Assembly: GCA_002633005.1 (NCBI GenBank)
Contig: NMRA01000028.1
Coordinates: forward strand, 124,001 to 188,000
Length of the DNA: 64,000 bases
Source of the DNA: Phoronis australis
Taxonomy: Eukaryota > Animalia > Phoronida
Direction of reading: 5' to 3'
The notes under the pieces are model-generated. The model was not told the origin of the DNA. It made no database searches and worked only from the letters and a program-made list of their open reading frames with translations. Position numbers and translations under genes: made by a program. Positions 14,298 to 26,829 of the stretch are shown in pieces; position 1 is the stretch's first letter; the number at the start of each line of letters is the position of its first letter.

Positions 14298-14637
14298 TAA
14301 GTTGTAGGCGAACAGCATGATGCGTTATTTATGTTTTTAGTTTTATCATTCGTCTTCCGACAGTGATCAGTTCAATATTTTACGTAGTTAATGTAGTTCT
14401 ATTATTATGTATTGACTGATGTCCGTTTTATTTGGCGAGCCAATGGCGAAAATTTGATATTTATTGAACAATTTCGATGAGATTATCTTCCTCAATTTCT
14501 GTTTCCATGTAATTTCTGCAGATTGTCTTCAATTACATGTATTTATTTATACTGAGTCACGTGTTTTTATCAAGAATTGAACCAGAATGTTTAACGTGAA
14601 CAGAAGAGTTGGTCTCATTTTGGAGACTGTCACGTCA

Positions 14638-14643
14638 AATAAA
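14638..14643 (+). terminator. Candidate distal polyadenylation signal of mastermind (a proximal AATAAA lies at 11492)
   Basis: AATAAA at the end of a U-rich stretch, shortly before composition shifts to the CpG-rich region. Confidence 0.5.
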
Positions 14644-15199
14644 CAGAAGTAAACCAGCCTTTTCTTACAAAAACTAACAATTGATTTAAATCACTTCATC
14701 TTTATAAAATTGGTTGGTCTCAAAATATTCCTTAGTCGAAGTACAGTTTATTTTCTCCTCGGAAGTTTTTGGAGTTAGCCAAATCCTAAAACTGCGAATT
14801 CGAAAAGTGGCACATGGCCGCATTGCCTCTCAGTGACTTTGGAATTGCTAGTTCATTCGGATGAGTGTAGTAGTTAAACTCAGAAGGGTGGTTTAAAATT
14901 GTCAACTTAATAGCGGTAAAGTGCCCCTTAAAATTTTATCTTGCGGGGATAGAAATTTGTATTTGAAAGTTGCCTGTGCCAAGCAAATCTGGCCTGGGAG
15001 TGAATTGAGACATTCTAATCTTAAAAAACAGTAATTAGATAGCGACTACTTCTGTTGAATCTTTTTTGAAAGGCCGTGATTTTACAAATCGCAAACTCTG
15101 CAACGCCTGACAAGGAGGGCATACCTGTCTTGATTTTATGCAATCCCGAAAGTAATTCTAAAGTCACCAAAATCAAATTGGCATCATAATTATCTTTGA

Positions 15200-16500
15200 A
15201 CGCTGCCACCGCAGTCGCATCCACGACTTGAACTCACGAGCGGCGGGCGCTCGAAACCGCTTTGTGTGCCGACTCCTTTCAATAATGTTTCATACTCACA
15301 AATAAATGTACTTTTTAAAAGACTCCGCTTAACTGTTTCGTCATTGTCATTTGTGACATATGGTCTTGGCAGGAATTCATGCTCCGCCCGCATCGGCTCC
15401 CTATTAATTAGCCTCCCGTCCCCGGTGGCGTGTCCCGGCACCGTGGATGACGGCGTCGAGCGTCAGTTATAACTGGAGTGTGCCACGATCGTCGACACTG
15501 AATTGACATTTCTGCCCTTTTTCATTGGACGTCGACACTGAATGCAAATATGATTCTACGACATCTTTACGTTTGCGGGGATCGTTCGCGTGAGCACTGA
15601 GGACCTCCGACGCACTCTCGGTGTGGCCGATACCTGCCGGGACTAGCGTCCCCCCGGCGGCGGCCGGCCATCATAGACTCAGTATAAGATCCCATGCAGT
15701 GGACGTCACTGGTTACTCAAAGCCTTTTTTATTTTTGTCAGTTGAAAGTCTGGAGTGGAGCTGGGAGAGAGTGTCGTGTATGGAGAATTTGGTCTCTACA
15801 AGAAAATAAAATCGGGCAGCCTAGAACAACGCCGGATCAAGGCCGAGGCCGAACGTCTTGAGAGCGGGTTGTAGCCGCATTCGTCAACGTCAGTCAGTTC
15901 TATAGAAAAGAAATAAGCCGCTCAAGGGCGGATGACCGATAGGGGACGTTTTTGGAAATCTGTGGCAACCAAGGAGAGGTGGGTCATACCTAGGCCTACT
16001 GATGTTCAGGCCAAATTTTGCCGCCGGGCCATCCCCGTCGAGCTGCACTCCCCATAAAAAATGACTTGGTGGCCTCCCGGAAAAGGAAACTTATTTACAA
16101 GTGAAGCTAATTTATCGTGACAACGGCCATAGTTTTTTTACCGTGAGTAGTCTTCATCAAATTTTATTAATTCTTTTATATTTTGAATTAATGTGGATGT
16201 AACTCGAGACAACTTCACTAAAGCGGCGCCTCGACGTCTTATAACATAGTACGCGACATCTATTGGATAAAGGTTTTTGTGAAACGCATTCGGTAAACAC
16301 AAAACACTTGCAAGTAAAGTTTACATATCAGATGCGTTGCTTCCATTACGTGGCGAGATCTCGCGAATATTTACATGAGTTTGTATTTCATGCTCTGAAC
16401 TTGCTTTAGCAGATCGCGTCCGTGATGTCACATCCGGATGCGCACACGAAGTTCTGAACAGTTACTCAAAAAGTTCAAATGTGAGATACAGCCACAGGTG
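15200..16500 (+). promoter_or_regulatory. CpG-rich promoter and non-coding first exon(s), most likely of the KLHL8-like gene
   Basis: High CpG density; GC box at 15384, CCAAT (ATTGG) at 15524 and 16262, octamer ATGCAAAT at 15542; donors CC|GTGAGT at 16143 and CAG|GTGAGC at 16498. Confidence 0.55.
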
Positions 16501-16730
16501 AGCAATTCCAACTATTATCTGGGCTTCAAATCACTTACAATGTACGTTTCACTGTTTATGAAGAGCATAACGTCATAAAGAATAAAGAAGGGATTTTGAT
16601 GATATTGCCATGCCCGTAACTTTTTCTAAAATACTGTGAGTTGGGTAGTTCTCCGACCAAAGTCAAGACGTCAGATAGGCAATGACCATCGCCTCTGGTG
16701 GCCCGAACCAGAGGCGATGCAGCTCCTATA

Positions 16731-17072
16731 GGCGCTCTGTATGCGCACCGACTAAACCATCAAAGTCACGTTGTTATAAATACCTTTTGCGCATAGAGGA
16801 ACACCTTAGGAGGTTGTCGATGTGTTTAATTCCTTCCAACTCGAACAAATACTCCCGTTATCAAACTTTTTTTTCGAGCAGTCCCTATTTCAGTTCCCAA
16901 AATCGTGAACTCAACATTTTTGTACTGCGCACGCTCCAATTTTTACCGCGCAACCTCGTAAGGTGTTCCTCTATGCGCAAAAGGTATTTATAACAACGTG
17001 ACTTTGATGGTTTAGTCGGTGCGCGGCATAATTCGCTGAAAAGCTTCCGGCGTACAGAGGCTACAGAGCGCC
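16731..17072. mobile_element. Foldback MITE nested in the left TIR of the 16676-18558 element
   Basis: Terminal IR GGCGCTCTGTA/TACAGAGCGCC, ~74-bp subterminal IR (16743-16816 vs 16951-17024), TATA on both flanks. Confidence 0.85.
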
Positions 17073-17529
17073 TATAGTAGGGAGGACAACGTTTTTTATT
17101 TTTTTTACAATACCCATGTGTCATACATTTTTGAAAAGCCCTTGGTGTGAGGAATGAAATGGTGCAAAAATCAGAAAAATTGGTTGAGCGGTTGACGAGA
17201 AAATGGCCGTTGAAATGCGACGATTATGTGTAAAATATCTGTCTTTTTACATAATTTCGTAAAAAATAAAAGAATATACATGTGCTGCATATAAAAAGAT
17301 TCGTCTCATTGAGACAAACACGGTGGTGTGTAATACATAATTTTTGGATCGATTTCTTCAGAGATATTGCTGTTTAAGTGTGTTGTTATAGCATTATAGA
17401 ACAGGCTCATCATGTTTGATGAAAACAATGGATTACACAGCTTAAAAGGTAAAGAGCAAAGACACCACATCAGCTCAGAAATAAAAACATCTGAGCTAGG
17501 AGGAAATTTCACATCAAATCACAAGATCA

Positions 17530-17638
17530 CATTGGTGGATTGGGGGGGGGGGGGCNNNNNNNNNNNNNNNNNNNNNNNNNNNNNNNCTGCCCGCCCCCCC
17601 CCCCCCGTCCTTTCTAAAAATCCTAGATTTGCCCCTGA
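17530..17638. mobile_element. Small hAT-like MITE remnant with poly-G/poly-C around an assembly gap (N 17556-17586)
   Basis: Right end AAAAATCCTAGATTTGCCCCTG; a related fragment AGATCTAGGATTTTTTAAAAGGGG lies near 12233. Confidence 0.45.
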
Positions 17639-18757
17639 ATACTACTACATGGGCAACACATCATTGCCTGACAGTGACAGGGGGCTGGAGGAGGCTATAG
17701 CTCCCCCACTTTTTTCATTGCTGGGTGCCACCCATGTACTTATTAGATCATATCATGGCAAAAACCATCAGAAAGTAGACAAAAGACCATTTGGGAAAAC
17801 AAATCACTCTTAACATGAAGGATTTCATCATTTACGCAACAAAAACTTTGTAACAACTTTATTTCGAACGGTGAAGTTGCGATGCCATTAAACTTCAACG
17901 TAGCCGCTGGTGGCGCTGGCATGCGGCGACTTAGTGAACTAACGACTGCTGTTTGAAAAGTGCCAATGCGCAGAAGTTTGACAGAATTTCTGAAAATGAA
18001 ATGATTACCAATTAAAAGAGTGATAAATTCCTCATCTAAAAATCGGGGGGCATATTGCGCAACTGAAAAAACATCAATCTCCCGACCAACCAAAATTAGG
18101 CCTTCCGAACGATCGAAAACTCGCCATGAAAACTTGGCCTTGACTTCGAGAAAACAACTTGAGGAGATGCGCACGCATCTAAACTACATCCTGTCCAAAT
18201 TTCATGTTTGTATTTGAGAGTATAGTGCTCTTTTGGATAGGAGGAACAAGAGGTACTTTTTCGAAAGTTGATCGCATGGCGGAAAATCGTGCGCTAAAAA
18301 AAGCTTACAAAAAATGATTTATCAGCGATAATTTGAGACAAAAAGATTACAAACTTACAAATAAAGACTAAGGTAACGATTTATAATACAAAATTGTCTT
18401 ATAGTTAACTTTAAAGTCTGAAATCGGGTAATTTACCGACGTGGGTTTTATACGGAGGCAGATATGGAGCACGGTGACCTACTTTTTGATTGTCCTCCCT
18501 ACCTATAGGAGCTGCTTTGCCTCTGGTTCAGGCCAACAGAGGCGATGGTCATTGCCTAGACGTCAGACTGACTAGCCAGCCAGCTAACTGCGTGAAGACT
18601 ATTGTCAAAATACACCCATGTACCTACCACTGTGTGTTTTTCTTCCATAGACTCCAAAATTGCACACAGCTAGGGTAGTTCTGCTCGTCAACTCGCCGTG
18701 AAACCTGTATCAACATGTAGAGCTAAAGTCAGACCGGACGGGGTGCACCTAAAATCT

Positions 18758-18894
18758 GCCTCCCGTTCAGTAACGCTAGGACCTCGCTAAAAAAGCAAGA
18801 CTTCGCGAGATTACGTGAGATATTTCCGTGTATTTTAAGTGAGAACACGTGGCTAAAGCTAGATTTTAGCTAGGTCCTAGCGTTTCTGAACGCA
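18758..18894. mobile_element. Short TIR element, copy 2 of 3
   Basis: Reverse-complement homology to 7223-7374. Confidence 0.8.
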
Positions 18895-20610
18895 CGCCTG
18901 GGAATCAAACTGACAAACGTCACTCACCTTGCCCGTTAGTTCCGTTTAAATGAATTCAAATAAACATCATTTTGTTGCGTAATCCACTGCCTTTTTTAAC
19001 AAAGAAAAGTTATGTCCTCGTATTGAAAACAGCACGCTCGTGACATGCGCACGCACCATTTCCTAAATTTTTGCGAGATTCATCACTCGGGAAATGATAA
19101 TAGCTTGGCAGCAGCAAAATTTCTTCTGAAATTCAGTTTTTCGGTATCAAAATTCTAAAAACTTATAATTAAGTGAAACCAGTTCCGATAATTTGTTATG
19201 ATGTGTATGCAACCTCGTGAAAGAACGACAATTGAATTTGATTGAAGAATCGGCGAAAAAAGAAACTGGCCAATATGTGACGCAATATTTCATGGCGCCC
19301 AAAGCCATCATTAAGGATCGCTTCACAACTTTAGCAGCAGAATAACGGTAGAACGGCATTTTTTCCAACACCATTAAATAATTTAGTTTACTCAAGGAAG
19401 ACTGTAGTTTTTAATGACACTAATTTTGTGTCAGATTTTATCTTACCACTTTTTTACCCACATCGGCACAAAGCTAACAACTGACAAGACATGTCCGACC
19501 AAACTACTTCTAGTAACATTCTGTTCACGATAGCCTATTAGTACGAGACTGCTGGACCTGATTTACAGAACCAGTTTTAATGATTGCCTGGTTCTCTAAA
19601 TCAGGGTCTATTACATCCAACTAGTGCCCGACAGCTGTTATGCTGACAATGCTAACAACAAAAACAGTTTCTCAAAACGTGAGAATTTCACTCACTGTAT
19701 CTGGGTAATTTCACTAGCTTGAGGAGGCATGAATTTTCTTGGAATTCAACTAGAAAATGAATTTTTGTTATTCCCAGAAAAATAGAATTGGTCGATGGTG
19801 AATTTAAGGGACATTTTCTGGGAGGTTCATGGTTTTGGCAAGTCGAATTCATGTAGAGTTCTGTCTTGCGAGATAAATGTAGTGATCAAAATCATGCTCT
19901 CATTGAGAATACGTGGCAATATTTCCTAAGGTCTTGTTTTTCTAGCAAAGTACTAGCGAAACTCTACCTGAGGTAGTTCTCACTGAATAACAGCCATTAC
20001 ATTATTTAGTAAAAACTAGATTCTTGCCGCCATTTTGAAGAGGGTCCTGCCTATTCGACTTTTGCACAGTACATAGAGTTGTTTATCATCTTCAGTGCAC
20101 ATTTACTTGAATTGTTACCCAATGGGCATTTATTCAAACAGATAGTTCGATTGGTTTGCTTACTACAATGCACGAACTGTGACTGTCATAGGCAAATAGA
20201 GTCGGAGACGGGGCATCTGCCAAAATTCACATACTGTGACACAGTTTCATTCTGGTGGACAAATGCTTCTCACAGTGCAATTACACAGGAATAAGGTGGT
20301 GTGTTTACATGCACCCACCATGTGCATCGCATACAGCACAGATACAAGAGGTGATCATTATGTAAAACAGTCACACTGAGCAGAACAATGGTAGCTAAGC
20401 TAACATAATAATATCCTCTAGAGGGTGCAAAGCAAGTCAGAAATGCTCTTAGTGGGAACACACCTGCTTGCTTTCACCATGGTTCTTAGAAATGTTGGGA
20501 GGAATAAGAGGTACAGGACAAAGAACGCAAAAACAATAGTAACGCCACTAGTGTGTGGAACGTTAGTTGAATCCATCTGAAACGGGGCACATGCTGATGT
20601 CTAGGTGATA

Positions 20611-20825
20611 CCGTAAGCGTTCGGGTTAATGCCCATGCTCAGTTAACCGCCCATCCCCGACTTTAAGTGGATTTTCGATTTAACCGCCCACTGCTCGGTT
20701 AACCGCCCATCCCCGACTTTAAGTGGATTTTCGATTTAACCGCCCACTGCTCGGTTAACCGCCCTCCCCCGATTTTTTGGATTCGCCAATTTAACCGCCC
20801 AGGGCATTAACCCGAACGATTACGG
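20611..20825. mobile_element. Tc1/mariner (pogo-like) MITE with internal tandem repeats
   Basis: TA flanks; TIR CCGTAAGCGTTCGGGTTAATGCCC / GGGCATTAACCCGAACGATTACGG; internal ~56-bp units containing TTAACCGCCC. Confidence 0.85.
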
Positions 20826-23800
20826 TAGTTACGTAACTCTGCCAAAGACCATCCATCCTGTGTCTTGGTAGGTATCAAATGCAAAACGCTAAGAGAAACG
20901 AAACTGCAACAGGCGATTTCGCTGTAGTCAAATTTGTCCCAAAATCCATGTCGGCTGTATTGTCTTCAATAGGAACACATGTCAAGTTTCACAGAGATTG
21001 GTTACAGAAGTTGTGTGGGCTGCAGCCCAAAAATAAAAATGCTACCAGAAGACACCACAGCAGTCGGTCCTGTTCAAAAAATCTCCGTCGACCGTGCATT
21101 TTGCAGAGTGAACACATGCCAATTTTAGAATGATTTGACTAAAAGACGTCAACAATTGGGCTAAAAAGCAGTAAAAACAGTCACAAAGTGGGTCAGAATA
21201 CGTTAAATCCATCCGAAAATGAAAAGATGGTGTTGTCTTATCCATGGGCTATTCTGTGAAAAGGTCCACCTGGAGACTAAAAGTAAAAGATTGTGATTAC
21301 ACTTAACATTTCTGGTCTCATCTGAAGGCCCATTCTCTCTAGCTTTAGTATCCATATTTGAGTGTCCTATAACTTTCATTTTTTTGCCTAAATGGATCCA
21401 TTCTTGGGTGTCACTTGACCCTAAAAAATTAACTCGATTTTCATATGTGTTGCTAAATATTGTCATAAAAAAGTTAATTATGGGTATTTCACTATACTAT
21501 CAAATTTGTGCAATCACAGAATCCCAAACTTTATAAAAAATAACATTTCATCGACCATTTGTGGTCAAAGGTCAACTCTTGGATATCATGGTGCAAAAAA
21601 GTGTTTAAAAGTTTAGTTATCATACATGACAATTATTGCAAACACTGCAACATTTGGCCGTTTTTTGTTTTTTTTACATAAAAGCTTTAAAAATCGTTAA
21701 GTGGTACGTCCCCTTTTGGCATTATTTATCTCTAGAAAACAGTGTCACCTGCCTTCACAAGAATTTGGACTGTGGATGAAAAAACCCAGATCCACGGAAA
21801 TGAAAGTGTGGTTGAAATTTTAAAAGTTGTTGGCATCTAATTGTTGCGTAGGATTTTGAGGAGGCCTCTGAATGGAGCTACATGAGCTTGTGCTCTCAGT
21901 CAGTTGAAAGTGATAAACAAAAATAGAACATGAATAATTCAAAAACTTAAGTGATTTATGTTAACTTTTGTCTGTGGTGAATTGAGATGCATTAAATGCA
22001 AACAGTGGCGTATTGTTTTTTTTCATATATTTTTTTAAAGACTTTTATTACATCTTGAACATGGCTAATTTTTTAGCAAGAATGGCGACAAGGTTGTAAC
22101 AAATTGCTTGTTTTTTTTGTTTTTTTTAGATTTCTGGAGTTAGGTAAACCCAAGAGATAATAATACAACATCAATTTGTGATGGGTTATGTTGCCAAATT
22201 ACTGTATTTCGCCTGATTCTTCTGTGCAGCCACTCTTTACCATCCTGATACCATTGGAAGTGGGACTAAAATACACCTTGCTTCTTAGCTCACAAAGAGT
22301 ATTTTGTTCTTCAACAGAAACATTTATTTATATCTGTTCAGAACTTGAGCAGAATAAACAAGCAACAATTCATTCATTAGCTTGCCCTGATTTATGTTTG
22401 CAGTCAGAGCCACAGAGCCTTGTGATAGGAACTGCATGGCTCAACCTATACATAATGATGGTCACTTGTTGTTGCTGCAGTACCTGTATTGGGGCCAATT
22501 ATTATGTAATCTAATCCTGTATGAACAGCTCCATTGTGTTCTTTATGAGTTAACCAAACAAAATGTCTTGTATTTGGGTAGTGCCCCTTTGAACTGGTTT
22601 ATGAAGTTCCAAACCTTTGTGTCCCCTTATTTTTATTTCTTCATAATTTTGTTTATAGTCCTAAAAGTGGCTGGATATCCTTTCAAACTACAATTATCTG
22701 GAGCTCTTGTCGTTTTTCATTGTTCATATCTTGTTCTTCCTCCAGTGTTTTGGTTGTTTAAGGTGTGGAGATGTGATGGAGCTGGTAAGAACTAATACAT
22801 ACTGAAATCTGTTTATTTAGTCTTTATTATTCTTGTGTCAACCATGTGGCTTAGAAAATTCTTATCTCAGTATCATTTTTTTGTCACACAGTGCCAACTG
22901 ACACGTTTCGTTTTTTCACTTGTAAACAAAGGAAAATAGATTTTAAAAATACAAGTAAGTACATTTCCTGCTTTGATGATCATTATGTATTTTAAATTTG
23001 TGAAAACATTTTGGAAAAACGAGTCTTTAAGTTCAACAAGTTGATGACTCATAACTGAGGTATGAACGCTCTAAGTGTTACCTCTAGATAGTCTTTTGTT
23101 TGTTAACTCAAAACACCCACGACCTATAATGGACTCATCCAGTCTTTCTGCTGTCTTTACTGTACTGTGTTTACAACCCACCTACATAGAGGGGTTTATC
23201 AATAAAGTACAAGTGAATCATTCAGGTAGGCATATAGTTTGAATTGAGGTCGTCCATGTCAGTTTGACTAACGGTGATTCAAATGTGAGCAACTGTTTTG
23301 GACTACTAGAACAGGCCAGGTGAGTTTAAACTGATTACCTATGGAACACAAATTCAATATCTATACAGGACTACTTTATAAAAGTGCAGTCTAGGCTCCT
23401 AGGTAACCTTGTACACAGTTGTAAAGACCGGTCAGTCGTAAAAAATGGTGCAGGGATCTATTACCCATTCATGGGAGACCCCATACACCAGGACTAACCT
23501 GGAACGGAACGTTGGTGCCTGCTTCTGCTTCAAGTCTATTAATCAAGCATTTATTGATTATTTTGTGTTAGAGACCAGGGTGGATGATTAGGATCTGGTC
23601 TTGTGTGACAGCAACATTCAGTATAGTGTACCTGAACACACTTGCTTCTCTAGTTTGTTATTTGCTCTGTGTTAGTATGTGAACCTCTGTGTTCTTAACC
23701 CAGTTCTGGGGTCACAGTTATCTTAATTAAAGTCATGTGCATGCTGTTGCTTCCTAATGAAGGCAATAACATCTTCTAGTTTGTTGTTCTATCCTGAATG

Positions 23801-24816
23801 GAGGAAATTGTTATACCAGTGTTTTTGTGCTATACGTAACTCTGACATTGTACTTGTATTGTTGCTCTGCCTTCATAGTATTCTGAGTTTTAAAATCAGT
23901 TTGTAGATTAATATTATTTTCAGTTGAAAATTTATGTTTGGATGAATGCAGTTTTATTATTGTTAGAACCAACCAGCAAAAGCCAGGCATTCTCGTATTG
24001 TGCAGATTCGAAATATTGCTTACTTTTCAGTGTTCTCCACAACATAAATTTCAAAGTCTACTGGAATTGCATTGTATGTGATTAAAGTCCATGTTCATAC
24101 AGTATATTGTGAGGAGTTAGTGTGTAAGACAAGTCCTCAAGTAAATGATACTTAAAATCCAAAATGTGCTATTGTGCTTAAGAATTAACCAATTTTGTAA
24201 TACCAAAGTGGATGCAGTGACAAGACAGGTAGTGGAGAACACTGTTTCCTGTTTGCTAGTTTGCCTTGGATATGTAGATAATGGAAGGCGATTATAAGCC
24301 TCAGATTAGGGAGACAGTGGTATTAGCTGTGGTTGACCCCAGTATTTACTCAGTACATTCCTGTCTCTAATTTACTGACAGTCACAACAGTTGTTCAATA
24401 GTCAACACAAAGGTTGGTATACATGAGAGTCCAGATTGACATGGCTGGTATTTCTGGTCCCATGACCTTTGGGGATTGTCTGTTAAGTTGGTATGTTTGT
24501 TGAAATGTGGTTAATTGCCAAGAGTGGAACTCTTGGTCCACTGCTGCCTGTAGCCATCTTCATAATACATTGGGCCATTCTCAACAATAAATTTGGTTTA
24601 GTCTGAGGGCTGAGTGACAGTAATGGTCAGACTACATGTATGTCTGTAGCTTGTTGCTTCTAAAGATGGTCTTCTGAGTGAAATTGTTTGGCTGGTGATT
24701 ACATAAGAGTGGGATTGTAATGGGTTGTTTTGAAGTGGCTGTTTGGTTTCATTTGACTCATTTTTTAAAATCACCTTTTCGTTGTCCGTGTGACATTCTG
24801 TGGATGATTTGCTGAT

Positions 24817-25541
24817 GCTCTCTCCCTCTCTCCCTCCCTCTCTACCTCCCTCTCTCCCTCCCTCCCTCTCCCTCCCTCTCTCCCTNNNNNNNNNNNNNNN
24901 NNNNNNNNNNNNNNNNNNNNNNNNNNNNNNNNNNNNNNNNNNNNNNNNNNNNNNNNNNNNNNNNNNNNNNNNNNNNNNNNNNNNNNNNNNNNNNNNNNNN
25001 NNNNNNNNNNNNNNNNNNNNNNNNNNNNNNNNNNNNNNNNNNNNNNNNNNNNNNNNNNNNNNNNNNNNNNNNNNNNNNNNNNNNNNNNNNNNNNNNNNNN
25101 NNNNNNNNNNNNNNNNNNNNNNNNNNNNNNNNNNNNNNNNNNNNNNNNNNNNNNNNNNNNNNNNNNNNNNNNNNNNNNNNNNNNNNNNNNNNNNNNNNNN
25201 NNNNNNNNNNNNNNNNNNNNNNNNNNNNNNNNNNNNNNNNNNNNNNNNNNNNNNNNNNNNNNNNNNNNNNNNNNNNNNNNNNNNNNNNNNNNNNNNNNNN
25301 NNNNNNNNNNNNNNNNNNNNNNNNNNNNNNNNNNNNNNNNNNNNNNNNNNNNNNNNNNNNNNNNNNNNNNNNNNNNNNNNNNNNNNNNNNNNNNNNNCCT
25401 CCCCCTCCCTCTCTCCCCCTCCCTCTCTCCCGCTCCCTCTCTCTCTATCTCCCTCTCTCTATCTCCCTCTCTCTCTCTCCCTCTCTCTGTCTATCTCTCT
25501 CTATCTCTCTCTCTATCTGTGTGTGTGTGTGTGTGTGTGTG
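24817..25541 (+). repeat. (CT/CCCT)n and (GT)n microsatellite spanning an assembly gap (N 24886-25398)
   Basis: Seen directly. Confidence 0.95.
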
Positions 25542-25778
25542 CTTGCACCAAGGACTAATGTACAGAAAATTTGGCTAATTACACTGAGTTATTTCTGCCT
25601 TGATAGCTGTTGATTGTTCTAAGTTGTTATTCGCACCATGTGGTTACATGTAGTTTTCAACTATGATCATCATTTCAGAAGCCAGACGTACTAGGACAGA
25701 GAAGTAAGATAGACTACAGGTGACAAGTAGTTGTTTTCTAAGTCTTACCTGGACCTCCTGTCTTAACATGCACAGATT

Positions 25779-26829
25779 ATGAGTCAGAGGGTGTCCACCA
25801 CAAATCAGAGGCGACAGCTGAGTGCCCCCGTAATCCCACCCCTGCCTAGACGAGCAGACTCTCTGGACGCCCAGATAGCTCAGGCACAACGTTCACTCAA
25901 GTCTGTTATGGCAGCTGCGATAGCTGGCACACCCGCTCGCAGTACCAGCGCACCCATGATTCGTGAAGTTCCACCCGCGGACGATTCGACCGTGACAAAG
26001 TATGTGTACGAGGCGCCCTCACTGTGGCGTGACTCGTTTAAACTCATGTACGACTTTTACCGCAAGGGGGAGCTTTGTGACATTGAACTCAAGTGTGGTA
26101 CAAAGACAATCAAATGTCACAAGCTGGTACTGGCTACTTCCAGTCAGTATTTTCGCACCATGTTCATGTCAGAAATGATGGAGAGTCGCACAGGCATTGT
26201 GACCATTAAGGACTTGGATGACACGGCAGTAGAACTGCTGGTCAAGTTTGCTTACACTGCACGTATAGAACTGTCGACAGACAATGTTCAGCCATTACTC
26301 TATGCTTCTTCCATACTTCAGCTAGAGCCTGTGGCACACGCTTGTAGTGAGTTCATGAAGTCTCACTTAGACCCCACTAACTGCATCGGTATACGCAACT
26401 TTGCCGAGTCACATGGCCGCCGAGAGCTGATCCGTGTGACTGATGGTTATATCTATGACCACTTCACAGAAGTATCCGCAGCGGATGAGTTCCAGACAAT
26501 GTCGGCGAAACACTTAGAGTCGATCTTGTCCTCAGACAGTGTGAATGTAGCTACAGAAGTGGTGATCTATGAGGCAGTCATGAAGTGGATAAAGTATGAT
26601 CTAGTGAAGCGCAAGGTCTACCTGCCGCGGTTCCTTGCACAGATCAAGTTGCCCCTGTTACCTGCAGCTTACCTCATGCAGCATGTGTCTACTGAGGAGC
26701 TGATCAGGAAAGACCTGGACTGTCGCGACTTCCTGGACGAGGCCAACAACTATCAGCTGTCTCTGGCACTAACTACAGTGCCCTCTATGGCAATGACAGA
26801 TAGGACGCGACCTAGAAAAAGTTACGCAG
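25779..26829 (+). CDS. KLHL8: Kelch-like protein 8, coding exon 1 (BTB and BACK domains)
   Basis: LCDIEL..HKLVLATSSQYFRTMF BTB and NCIGIRNFAESH BACK motifs, ending RPRKSYAG; in-frame stop at 25764 upstream of the ATG; donor G|GTCAGT at 26830 (phase 1). Confidence 0.92.

Larger units (their letters stand above)
16676..18558. mobile_element. Non-autonomous DNA transposon (~1.9 kb) with 9-bp TSD, Mutator/MULE-like by TSD length
   Basis: ~70-bp TIR TAGGCAATGACCATCGCCTCTG...GCAGCTCCTATAG(G)TAGGGAGGACAA; perfect TSD GACGTCAGA (16667-16675 and 18559-18567); no transposase ORF. Confidence 0.85.

Noticed and set aside
16682-17124. Overlapping sense and antisense ORFs sharing APTKPSKSRCYKYLLRIEEHL
   Set aside because: This follows from the MITE inverted repeats and is not a protein.
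24800-25558. 252-aa ORF
   Set aside because: It is microsatellite plus an N gap.
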